A DNA stretch of 49,562 bases from Octopus bimaculoides (Eukaryota), in contig NC_068999.1 in NCBI RefSeq assembly GCF_001194135.2, positions 45,003,886 to 45,053,447 of the forward strand, in the 5' to 3' direction. The notes below the pieces were generated by a model, which saw only the letters and a list, made by a program, of their open reading frames with translations, searched no databases and was not told the origin of the DNA. Positions 1-10,935 of the stretch are shown here, one piece after another. Within the stretch, counting starts at the first letter, position 1. The number at the start of each line of letters is the position of its first letter. A program made the position numbers and the translations under genes.

Positions 1-670
1 ATATATACATGTACACATGTATATATATATATATACATGTACACATGTATATATATATATATACATGTACACATGTATATATATATATATACATGTACAC
101 ATGTATATATATATATATATACATGTACACATGTATATGTATATATATATACATGTACACATGTATATATATATATATATACATGTACACATGTACACAT
201 GTATATATATATACATGTACACATATATACATGTATATATATATATACATATATACATGTACACACGTATATGTATATATATACATATATAAATATACAT
301 ATATATATGTATATTTATATATGTATATTTATATATGTATACATATATATAAATATACATATATATAAATATACATATATAAATATACATATATATATAC
401 ACACATATATATATACAAACATACACATATATATATATGCATATATATATATATATATACATGCATATATATACATACATATATATATATATACATGCAT
501 ATATATACACATATATATATATATATACATGCATATATATGCATATATATACATACATAGATATACATGCATATATATACACATATATATATACTCATAT
601 ATATATATACACACACACACACTATACATATATAACTCATTTGCTTAGATATATATGCACATACATACAG
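1..670. repeat. (TA)n/(CA)n microsatellite with ~26-28 bp ACATGTACACATGT+(AT)n minisatellite (1-~230) and 14-bp ATATATAAATATAC units (~285-395)
   Basis: Tandem units read directly from the sequence. Confidence 0.95.
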
Positions 671-987
671 ATATACATGAATAAACAAATGCAGATATAT
701 TCATACACACACACAATCATAAACGTGTTTGCGATAACTGACTTGTCATTGAAAATAACAACTTCAACCAGAAAAAAAAAAGAATCAAAAATCAATAAAT
801 ACAGATATTTCAGATCATCAATAACCAGACAGAAAAGAAAAAAACAAACTCATTTATTATTTATGAACAATAAAATACNNNNNNNNNNNNNNNNNNNNNN
901 NNNNNNNNNNNNNNNNNNNNNNNNNNNNNNNNNNNNNNNNNNNNNNNNNNNNNNNNNNNNNNNNNNNNNNNNNNNNNNNNNNNNNNN

Positions 988-1075
988 CAGGATTTGAACT
1001 CAGAATGGAAAGAGCTACAACAAAAATAGCATGAAGTATTTTGTCCAATGCTCTACTGATTCTGCCAATCCAGCA
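988..1075 (-). mobile_element. tRNA-derived SINE family A, head fragment next to gap
   Basis: TTTGAACTC (reverse complement of B-box GAGTTCAAA); similar to the 9601-9815 copy. Confidence 0.6.
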
Positions 1076-1239
1076 CCATGATAGTGATGATGATGATGAT
1101 GATGATACTTTCCTTTATTTGCCACAAGGGCCATATTTGATAGATATATATATATATATATATGGAGTGGCTGTGTGGAAAGTAGCTTGCTTACAAAACG
1201 CAAGGTTCCGGGTTCAGTCGCCATCTGAATAATAATAAT

Positions 1240-1445
1240 AGTTCTTTCTAATTTTGGTACAAGGCCAGCAGTTTTCATAAGAGGGGGAAACCAATTACAT
1301 TGACCCCAGTACTTAACTGGTACTTATTTTATCAACCATGAAAGAGTGAAAAGCAAAACTGACCCCAGTGGAATTTTAACTCAGAACGTTAAGCTCGATG
1401 AAATGCCACCAAAACATATTGTCTAGGATGCTTAAGATTCTGTTT
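1240..1445 (-). mobile_element. SINE family A, diverged copy
   Basis: Aligns with 9601-9815 (caaggcc...gaccccagtact.aactggtactta...ctcagaac). Confidence 0.75.
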
Positions 1446-1519
1446 AATAATAATTAAAACTAATAATCCTAATTTTGGCACAAAATGAGCAATTTTGAGT
1501 GGAGGGGATAATTTGATAT

Positions 1520-1650
1520 TCTACCCATTTCATGTTCAAACTGATCGGTTTCAGCCTCTCACACCTACCCTACAATGTCATTCTAAAAATAGCAATGATA
1601 TCATTGAACTAAAAATAGCAATGATATCATTGAAATTTCAAAAGTACAAG
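1520..1650 (+). mobile_element. piggyBac-like MITE family 2, internal fragment
   Basis: Shares gcctctcacacctaccctacaatgtcattctaaaaata with 29055-29190; contains a ~26-bp tandem duplication. Confidence 0.6.
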
Positions 1651-2439
1651 GGTGGATGGAGGTAAATAAACAACTGAAAAATATGCATTGATAGCTGACT
1701 TTGTTTTGTCATTTTTTTTTTTTATTTCAATTATTTTATTTTTTGTTCTTAGAAATGAAAACCGAATAAAAATAATTAAACTTTTAGAACGAAAATATGA
1801 GCAAACCTATTGATTATAGTGATGCTGAGTGATTAGCTTACTGAGAGAGTACCTGGCCCATCCACAGGGTATTGAAGCATAAGAAAAGATCAGAAATTGA
1901 ACCTAGAATCCCCAAAGTGAAGCTTGAAAACCCAGCACTACACCACCCTAAAAACTGACCAGATTAGGGGTATGTGTGATTCAGCTGAGTTTGTGTTTAA
2001 TTTTTTCATCATTTGAGGATATAGTTATGACATAGATATTGATTTATTGTGTTTGTTTTGATAATTTCCTTAAATGACGAATGTAAAAGCAAAAATTGTT
2101 TCTCAGAATTCAGCTAATAATAGAGAGCTTAGCAGAGAAACAATGGCTGCAAGGTGTGTATCTGTGTGAACATCTGTATAAGTATGAATGTATAGAAAAA
2201 GGACCGGGAAGAAATTATCCAGGGACGTCTGTTGCATTAAACCATAATAGTAAAGTAGATGCTAGTACAAGTGATGTAGTAAACCAAGAAATTTCAATTA
2301 AAATTTATATCTGAAGTTGTCTCCCATGTCCATTTTAACTAGAATTGGTTCTTTTAGATAATATGTCTCAGATTGAAACGTAAGGTCAATACTATCAACC
2401 CCCCCCCCCNNNNNNNNNNNNNNNNNNNNNNNNNNNNCC

Positions 2440-2632
2440 CCCCCAGTATCTGACTGGTACTTTTTTTGTATCAACATCAAAAGGATGAAATTCAAAACCA
2501 ACATTAATGGAATTTGAATTCACAATGTAAAGAGACGACCTCAGTGGAATTTGATCCCAGAACGTGTAAACAGATGAAATGTTGCTAAGCATTTTGCCAG
2601 GAATGCTAATATTTCTGCCAGCTCACAACCTT
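2440..2632 (-). mobile_element. SINE family A, diverged copy
   Basis: Aligns with 9601-9815; ends ...ctgccagctc. Confidence 0.75.
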
Positions 2633-2656
2633 AATAATAATAATAATAATAACAAT

Positions 2657-2870
2657 ACTTTCTACTATAGGCACAAGGCTTGGATTTTGTGGGGAGGGGG
2701 GGGCAGTCAATCACATCGACCTCAGTACTCAACTGGTACTTAATTTATCAACCCCAAAAGGATGAAAGGCAAAGTTGACTTCGGCAGAATTTGAACTCAG
2801 AACATAAAGACAAATGAAATACTGCCAAGCATTTCACCCATCGTGCTAACAATTCTACCAACTTGCCGCC
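2657..2870 (-). mobile_element. SINE family A, near full length
   Basis: Colinear with 9601-9815 from ttctactataggcacaagg to cttgccgcc. Confidence 0.85.
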
Positions 2871-3119
2871 ATATTAATAATAATAATAATAATAATAATT
2901 CACGTAAGTTTCATTTCTTCACTTACTACATCAAATCTACTGGCGTCTACTTTACTATGATTGTATGCATGAGACAGAGACTAAGAAACAGTGTAAATGG
3001 GTGAATGAATACACGTAGTAAATGGAGACCCCCATAAAACAAGTCCATGCTACAGAAATACAGTGACCCAGTCAAAGAAATATACATCCTGTATAGCACA
3101 GTTGACCGATTGAGTAATG

Positions 3120-3218
3120 CTACTTCATTCGGCTGCTTGTCACCGCAGGCGATCGTTCTTTCTCCTGTTGATATTCCTTGGCGATTTTAGCTTGCACCTG
3201 TTCCCATTCCACTTCCAT
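3120..3218 (-). CDS. Candidate terminal coding exon of an unidentified minus-strand gene (MEVEWEQVQAKIAKEYQQEKERSPAVTSSRMK*)
   Basis: Acceptor tttaatttattcattgcag; 32 open codons then TAG; non-repetitive and GC/CpG-richer than flanks; helical composition; possible AATAAA at 2043-2048. Protein not recognised. Confidence 0.5.
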   Translation of the reverse strand: MEVEWEQVQAKIAKEYQQEKERSPAVTSSRMK

Positions 3219-3586
3219 CTGCAATGAATAAATTAAAAGATAGAAATATAAACACAAAAATGCTTCATAGGTGGAACCTAAAAGAAGCCCATAATGTGTG
3301 TGTGTGAGTGTAGTTTTTGCTTAGGAGTTGTGATATTAATAACCTGGTGTAGAACACTCAATGTACAGAATGAAGGATTAGTCAAGCGCAGAGTGGTTGT
3401 GAGGAAAAGAGATGACATAAGAATAAACAATTGCCTAATGAGCTTCGTTAACTAACAGCTGTTTCTGTTATAAGATGCAGTGGACACTTGCCCAAGTTGC
3501 CACAACCACAGCTGCCCCACCTATATATATATATATATATATATAATTATAACACAAACTTAACAGACTATTAAAGATGGAGAGCT

Positions 3587-3877
3587 GATCGTTTCGAACA
3601 GTAATATTAACATGTAAATAACATTTTAGCCGCATCAGTTTTAGTTCTTTCGCAACTAGACTCAACAACATCTTTTTTAAGTATGCTTATGATCTTCCAT
3701 AAGGATAAAAATATGTATATCTGAGTATATTATTTACTACTTCCTCCATCAAGGCTTATGTAATAATAATAATTTTTTGATGCATTCTTTTTCTGCACTG
3801 AGGAGAACAGTAATATGTAATTAATTTAATTAATTGGTAATTAATTCTACATGTTAATATTACTGTTCGAAATGATC
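3587..3877. mobile_element. Putative MITE with 30-bp terminal inverted repeats
   Basis: 3587-3616 versus reverse complement of 3848-3877 match at 29/30; no TSD seen. Confidence 0.5.
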
Positions 3878-4211
3878 GTATGCATGTATTAAATTCTTAT
3901 TTTAAAATTTTATCATCATCTCTTCTCCATCTGTTGAGCTCCTATGGGATATTTTTCCATAAATCCTCATCTCACACCATATACATGTAATAATTTCATA
4001 TTCACAAAAATCTTATGCCAGTAAACAACCAACGAAATATGAAGAATCTTTGTTAGAAATCGCCACTTTGGAAACCTCCAAAGTAAAGGATAAATTGTAC
4101 TTTACTTTTCCACACACACACATATATATATGATGTCAACCCGACATTCATATACTATTATTTATAGCTTTATATGCTTCAAGATTCAGTATTCCAAAGA
4201 AAAAATTTTTA

Positions 4212-4600
4212 CGTATATGATGGGCTTCCACACAATTTCCTCTACCCATTCATTAACAAGGTATTCGTCAACACAGAGAGATAGTAGAAGACATTTGCCC
4301 ATTTAAGGCGGCGAGCTGGCAGAAACTTTAGCACGCCAGGCAAAATGGGTTCGGAGTTTAAATTCCGCTGAGGTTGACTTTGCCTTTCATCCTTTTAGGG
4401 TAAATAAATTAAGTACCAGCTATGCACTGGGGTCAATCTAATCGACTTAATCCCTTTGTCTTTCCTTGTTTGTCCCCTCTATGTTTAGCCCCTTGTGGGC
4501 AATAAAGAAATAAGACATTTGCCCAACATGCCATGAATTGAGACTAAACCCCAAACCACCTAGTTGCAAAGCACACTTCCTTACCACACAGCAATGCCTA
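4212..4600 (-). mobile_element. SINE family B (CORE-like) interrupted by a family A insertion
   Basis: gatgggcttc...tagtagaagacatttgccca, resumed at 4512 and continuing to accacacagc. Confidence 0.7.
4302..4511 (+). mobile_element. SINE family A with 14-bp TSD
   Basis: ggcggcgagctggcagaaac head; TSD AAGACATTTGCCCA at 4288-4301 and 4512-4525. Confidence 0.9.
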
Positions 4601-5859
4601 CACTTAAAGTGAATGCTAAGAGATATTCAGCATAGTTATTTAGTTTTAAACTGACAATACTTTAAAAGATATTTCAATAAAACTTGTTTATTTTGATTTG
4701 GTTTATCAAAAGTTACGTTCACTGACCATACATGTCTGCTTCAAACATTTTATTTTTCATTTTTATAATTTTCTTCACAAAATTATATAACTTCAGGTGA
4801 AACTGCGTTTGTTATTGTTAAATCAAAATGCATTGTGAAATTTGAATAACAAAATAAATTTACTTTTACAAAGATAGTTGCCACTACATTATTATGACGA
4901 ACATGGTAATAGTAGTAGTATTAATAATAATAATAATAATAAAAAGTCATTTGAATTAAAACTATTTTGTGACCTGGTTTTGAAAATCTGAAACAAAAAA
5001 AAAAAAATTTTGGTCGATTCTACCAAAACAATAATTCACTAGTAACATTTCACTACACAAACAAACTATGCTGAGAGTCATTAGCGTGTATATATGTATG
5101 TGAGAGTATATATATACATACATAAATGCAAACACACATATATATATGCATATATGAATATATATTTCTACATATGTAAGTATACATATATCATCATATA
5201 TATGTGTGTGTGTGTGTGTATGCATAAAAAAAATTCCATCTAATGACATAATGTAAAAGGTATGTACGATAAGTGCTTGACTTGATTTACCACTAAAACT
5301 CTGGCTCAAACTGCAACTAAAACAAAAGTGGTTTTGTAGCTGTCTAGCAAAGAATGGCTATAAGTGGTTTATCATTGAGTGAAAAGATATATATATTAGA
5401 AAGAAAGAATGAATGAGCAAAACATGTGGTATCACTTTGGAGCATGTAAATTCAAACATGATTTCAGAGAATATGGTGCATTTCTCATTAAGTAAAGATT
5501 TCCATATAAGGCAACTGCCCCATCTTCAGAGAGGAAGAATTAAAGAATATCCTCAATAAAGGATATTAATAGTTACCAGTTCCATCATCAGAGAGTATAG
5601 TTGGCTTATATGGAAATTTTTGCTCAATGACCTATGCACCATATGCGCAACAATTCTAGAAACAGCTGTAAGAGATTTTATGCATTAGTTCTTAATCTCT
5701 TATTTGCTCTAACAATTTTGCAATCATGTTTGGATTATAAATTACATTTTCTTAAGTGACACCACATTTTTTGCTTTCATTTTGATTCTTTCTAATATAT
5801 ATGTATATTTATTTCTTTATTGCCCACAAGGGGGTAAACACACACATATATATATATAT

Positions 5860-6012
5860 ATACAACAAGCTTCTTTTATTTTCTGTCTACCATATCCACT
5901 CACAAGGCTTTGGTCAGCCTAGGGCTATAGCAGAAGGTGCCACACACAGTGGGACTGAACCTGGAACCATGTGGTTGGGATGCAAACTCTTACTACACAG
6001 CCACACATTTGT
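5860..6012 (-). mobile_element. SINE family B, 5' part
   Basis: Reverse complement of the head of 15648-16020. Confidence 0.8.
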
Positions 6013-6040
6013 AATGTGTGTGTGTGTGTGTGTGTGTGTA

Positions 6041-6415
6041 GGCGCAATGGCCCAGTGGTTAGGGCAGAAGACTTGCAGTTGTAGTATCACAGTTTCAATT
6101 CTCAGACCAGGCATTGTGGGTGTTTATTGAGTGAAAACACTTCAAGCTCCACAAGGCTCTGGCAGGGGATGGTGGCGAACCCTGCTGTACTCTTTCACCA
6201 CAACCTTTTCTCCCTCTTTCTTCCTGTTTCTGTTGGACCTGTATTTCAAAGGGCGCCAGCCCTGTCACACTCTGTGTCACACTGAATTTCCCCAAGAACT
6301 ACGTTAAAGGTACACATGTCTGTGGAGTGCTCAGCCACTTGCACGTTAATTTCATGAGCAGGCTGTTCCGTTGATCGGATCAACTGGAATCATCATCGCC
6401 GTAACCGACGAAGTA
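6041..6415 (+). mobile_element. tRNA-derived SINE family C, near full length, inserted in (TG)n
   Basis: A-box-like TGGCCCAGTGG and decayed B-box GTTTCAATTCT; about 375 bp. Confidence 0.75.
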
Positions 6416-7554
6416 CTATGGTGTGCGTATGTGTGTGTGTGTGTGTGTGTGTGTGATTCGATCAAGGCATGATACCTAATTCTAACAGATTGAGCAACTA
6501 CTTAGAGAATTCCTTTACTGGAATGAACTCCTTTTTTGGCTCATTGAACAGGCGCCAATCGGAGAAGATAGTAGAATAGAGAAACAACACTTTTAGTTCT
6601 TCATTAGTTGTTCAATTTTCTCACCAAGTTACACAGTTTCTTTTGCTTTTCACTGGAGCAGTGAAGAATGAAGTCAGTCAAACTGACTAGTCTAAAATCT
6701 CAGCTAAGTACTATACACTGTATATAGTACAGTTATTAAATCTAAGTAATAGAAGCATTTAATAATATAGTTGGCGTTAGGAGATCAATAAAGATCTTTT
6801 TTTATGATTTTGTTTTGTTTTTCTTTAGTGGGAGTTTTTTTTTTGCTTGTTTTTTTTTCTGATTTTTCCATAAGACTGTTATTAAATATCCTTTGCTTTT
6901 ACTGATAATAAATAATAAAAATAGAAATATAAAAAAAAAAAGCATCATATTTAATTTTAGCAGATAATAACAAAATTATTAGAGTGGAGCACAAAATCTG
7001 GTCAGAATAACACAGTAGCCGGCTGCCGTGATGAGTCAATAATGAGACAAAACTGCTCTTATAGATTGGTGATGGTGGTGGTGGTGTTGATGATGGTGGC
7101 GGGGGGATATAAGTTTCTAAGTTGTAAGGTCTATACAAGAGAAAGATAGATAGAAGGGAAAAAGAAATAATTCAAAATCTCTCCCTCTCATTCATACACC
7201 CCTCTCTCTCTCATATGTCCCTCTAATAATAGCTGATATAAACAAATGATGGTTGGTAGGCTGGTTGATTCCCTAGTCACATTTTACATTGTATAGAGAA
7301 AGAGAGGGAGGAGAGAGAGTAAGAGAGATGCAGGATTAGTGCACATACAAGTCTTTGTGGCAGGCAATGAGTAAAATTATACTGCTTGCCAAAAAAAAAA
7401 AAAATGAGGGAGACCTGTATTAATAAGTGCTATAGTTAAATAAAGTACTAGGTGCCATTGGATTGAAAAGAAAAAAAAGGACCCTTTAAGTTTCTGCCCC
7501 AGCATGGCCAGAGTTCAATGACTGATACAATAAAAAGAATGAAATTAGAATCAT

Positions 7555-8278
7555 CATCTGGACCTGGAGGGATTGCAATCCCAGAGGCACAGTCAGCGCA
7601 AGACCTGGGCATTTACATGAGTAATGATGCATCCTTTCATGTGCATGTTGCTAAATTGGCAATGAAATGCAGGTGGCTGACCAGATGGATTCTTAGAACT
7701 TTTAGAACAAGAGATCAGGAAACCATGATGGTCCTCTGGAGAACACTTGTCCTAAGCCACTTTGACTATTGCTCTCAGCTATGGTCACCAACCAGTGTCA
7801 AATCAATCTCAGAACTTGAGGCAATCCAACGAAGCTACACGGAGATAGCCTCTACGCAGCATAATTGGGGAAAAACTCGAGATTAAGGCTCTATTCCTTA
7901 GAGCGTAGACAAGAAAGATATGCCATAATATACATCTGGAAGATCCTGGAAGGACCTGTCCCAAACTTAGGCATCGAGAGTCACACAAATACTAGAACTG
8001 GGCACCACTGCATAGTACCAAGGACTCCAAACTTGCCATCAAGATGTAGGACACTATACTGCAATAGCCTGGGCTTCAGTGGTCCACAGCTCTTCAATAT
8101 CCTCCAAAAGGACCTGAGAGACCTGTATGGGATGGATGTAGGAGTCTTCAAAATAAAGCTAGACCTCTTCATGCCAAGTGTCCCAGATGAACCAACACCA
8201 CAGCGTGAGGTGCAGATGAGGGCAGCTACATCAAACTCTCTCATGCACCAAATGCCAATCCCTAAAATGCATTTGTGA
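7555..8278 (+). mobile_element. CR1/L2-group LINE, 5'-truncated 3' end of ORF2 (pseudogenised, one frameshift)
   Basis: DLGIYMSNDASF, LVLSHFDYCSQLWSP, LEAIQRSYT, LYSLERRQERYAIIYIWKILEG, GPQLFNIL, FKIKLDLF, VPDEP are typical post-RT motifs of CR1-type ORF2. Confidence 0.9.
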
Positions 8279-8299
8279 AGTAAAATTATGTAGCAACAT

Positions 8300-8700
8300 A
8301 ATTTTACATATACATATACATATATGTATGTATATGTATATACATATATGTATATATCTATATATATTCACATGTGTTTGTATATATATACAGATGAGTG
8401 TGTGTATATATAAATGCATATATGTATACACACACAAATGCATACATATTTGTCTGCATACATATATGCATATATGTTTGTGCTTGGAAATTCATATATA
8501 CACGTATGCCTGTATATACATCAATACATATACATCTTTATACATGTACATATACACTTCATTATACAATACATCCATTCTACCATGGAAAAAAATAAAA
8601 CAAATATATATATATCTACACACACACATAAATGTGGACATATATACATTTACATCTATACACACCCACACATGTGTATGTATGTGTGTATTTTCTAAAG
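8300..8700. repeat. Compound (TA)/(CA)/(TG) microsatellite
   Basis: Read directly. Confidence 0.9.
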
Positions 8701-8968
8701 TATAATGACTATATTAGTGCATGACCTATTGTTTTGTGCCTGAACTGAAGAATACTACGATTCTTTGAAATATAGTTATATGTGCAAGAAAGAATGTAGC
8801 AAAAGAATCCTTTGTTTAATCAAAATTCATGTAAGTTTTTAACAGCATCTACTTTCATAAAGCACATTGCCATCTTCAGATGTATTGTCTCGAAAGACTG
8901 AACTAAGTTCACAAACCAGTTTGAGGAATATAGAAATGACTATGGATATTAATCTTAAACCAGCAAAG

Positions 8969-9112
8969 AAGCTAGTTCTAAAATGAGCTAGTTCTAAAGT
9001 AAGCTAGTTCTAAAACAAGCTAGTTCTAAAGTAAGCTGGTTTTAATGTAAGCTAGTTTTGAAGTAAGCTAGTTTTAGACTAAGCTAGTTTTGAAGTAAGT
9101 TAGTTTTAAAAT
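8969..9112. repeat. Minisatellite, 9 x 16 bp (consensus AAGCTAGTTYTAAAGT)
   Basis: Nine units parse exactly in 16-bp register with no indels. Confidence 0.95.
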
Positions 9113-9142
9113 CTCTGTAAGAGATGAAAGCAGTAACTGTAC

Positions 9143-9431
9143 TGGCAAGTAATACTTATCACCACTTCAACATGGCTGTTGCATTTGAACGGATGTTACT
9201 ATGATTTTTTAACCTTGAAAGGACATATCCTCTCATTAGTTAATGACGCACACCTGCATCCGATACATTGTGAGCGGGGAAGCGAACCTCTACCACCTTC
9301 TAGTGATATATCAGATGCAGGTGTGCATCATTAACCAGCTAGAGGTAATGTCTTCTTGGGGTTAAAAAATAATTGTAACGTCTGTTCAAACGGAACAGCC
9401 ATGTTGAAGTGGTGACAAGCATTACTTGCCA
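9143..9431. mobile_element. Foldback/MITE-like element: 126-bp inverted arms with 37-nt spacer
   Basis: 9143-9268 versus reverse complement of 9306-9431 align ungapped with about 22 mismatches by hand count (~83%); partial homolog at 36476-36640. Confidence 0.85.
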
Positions 9432-9600
9432 ATTATTAAACTATTTTCCTGAAATAATTGAATGGAGGAAACTGAGGGATGACACTACCTGAGTGTTGTC
9501 TAGGTTAACTGTGTAAAGGTGAGAATTTCAGATAAAAATAGTTATACATAGGTAGGTAGTTATATAGATAGATCTTTTTAAAAGAAGCTTATTAGAATAT

Positions 9601-9815
9601 CCTTTTCTACTCTAGGCACAAGGCCTGAAATTTTGGGGGAGGGGGCCAGTCGATTAGATCGACCTCAGTACTCAACTGGTACTTAATTTATTGACCCCAA
9701 AAGGATGAAAGGCAAAGTTGACCTCAGCGGAGTTTGAACTCAGAACATAAAGACAGACGAAATACTGCTAAGCATTTCGCCCGGCGTGCTAACGTTTCTG
9801 CCAGCTCGCTGCCTT
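9601..9815 (-). mobile_element. SINE family A, full-length young copy with 16-bp TSD
   Basis: tRNA-like head with B-box GAGTTCAAAC; central GCCTTTCATCCTTTTGGGGTCAATAAATTAAGTACCAG block (resembles a conserved SINE domain, probably Meta-type, from memory); TSD AAGCTTATTAGAATAT at 9585-9600 and 9816-9831. Confidence 0.95.
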
Positions 9816-10164
9816 AAGCTTATTAGAATATTGGAAGACAAAATATCAAACTTCATTTCTTATTTACGCTAGTTGTATCTTAAATAAGTTCAATAAACAA
9901 TCCTGTTAATAAATGCATTTGTGTACACACACACATACATACTCACACACACACAGATAGACAAGTACTGTTGTCATATTCGTATGTATGTACTTCTGTA
10001 TATGTGTATCATTATACATGCAGAGGGAGATGAGAACAATATAGATTCGTATTTCAGCACAGATGTCTTTAATGAGTGTTCAGAAATGTGTCAGTGCACA
10101 TACATACATACATACATACTTGCATACATACATACATACACAAATACATGCATATATATATATA

Positions 10165-10533
10165 GAGAGAGAATAAGCTATGAACCAAACTAAAAGCTAC
10201 GTCACAGACAGATTTGATTTCGCAAAAAGTACAATAATGATTATATTACATGTATGAAATATCCATGTATATTTATATGCACATTATATAAATAGATTGA
10301 TATACAAATGGATAGGGAAAAAATGTGAATAATATATATATATATACAGAGAGAGACAGACAGACAGACAGAAGGAGAGAGTGAGCAGTTGTGAACCAAA
10401 CTGGAAGCTATATGTTACAGATAGACAGATTTCACAAAAATTATAATAATGATCATAAAATCTCCATGTATATTTATATGCATATTATATAGATAGGTTG
10501 ATATACAAATGGATAGGAAAAAAAATGTGAATG
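10165..10533. repeat. Diverged tandem duplication of a ~165-bp unit
   Basis: tgaaccaaact...ccatgtatatttatatgca...gatatacaaatggatagg.aaaaaatgtgaat occurs twice. Confidence 0.85.
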
Positions 10534-10769
10534 CTGACTGCTATCTCTACCATTTCTCACTACCGTAAAAATCGAAATAAGTCTTTACCACAGTGTGAAA
10601 GAATTTTGAGGTGGTGATGAAAAATTCCTGGCTTCGGCTAAAAGAAAATACAGGAGGATCAGTTAATTATGGTCTTATTCATAATCATTATTCTTTAAGA
10701 AGAGCATCCAGCCATAAAAGATATGAAAAAAAAAATGCCAAAACAAAGAAGTATGGTGCAGTCTTCTAC

Positions 10770-10842
10770 CTGACCAACTGCTGTCAAACAGTCCAACCCA
10801 TGCCAGCATGGCAGGAGGAAGTTAAACAGTGATGATGATCCT
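10770..10842 (+). mobile_element. RTE 3'-tail fragment, diverged
   Basis: gtccaacccatgccagcatgg...gttaaacagtgatgatgat. Confidence 0.65.
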
Positions 10843-10935
10843 CCTCTCAGATTCACACAGTTATTGTAGTGGTCCATCAGTTTTTCTAAAGGAGGATCAG
10901 GTAATTGTGTAGTTATTGAGACAAAACACTAGCAT

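Noticed and set aside
6041-6112. tRNA-like sequences (also 37990-38050, 46851-46920, 48685-48762)
   Set aside because: These are SINE heads with decayed boxes and continuing SINE bodies, not tRNA genes.
8845-8885. Minus-strand CTGAAGATGGC...GAAA hammerhead-like core
   Set aside because: Stem II is out of register, and there is no valid stem III or stem I.
8969-9112. Short regular repeats (here and 30540-31500) as a CRISPR-like array
   Set aside because: No unique spacers, eukaryotic context and no cas genes; ordinary minisatellites.
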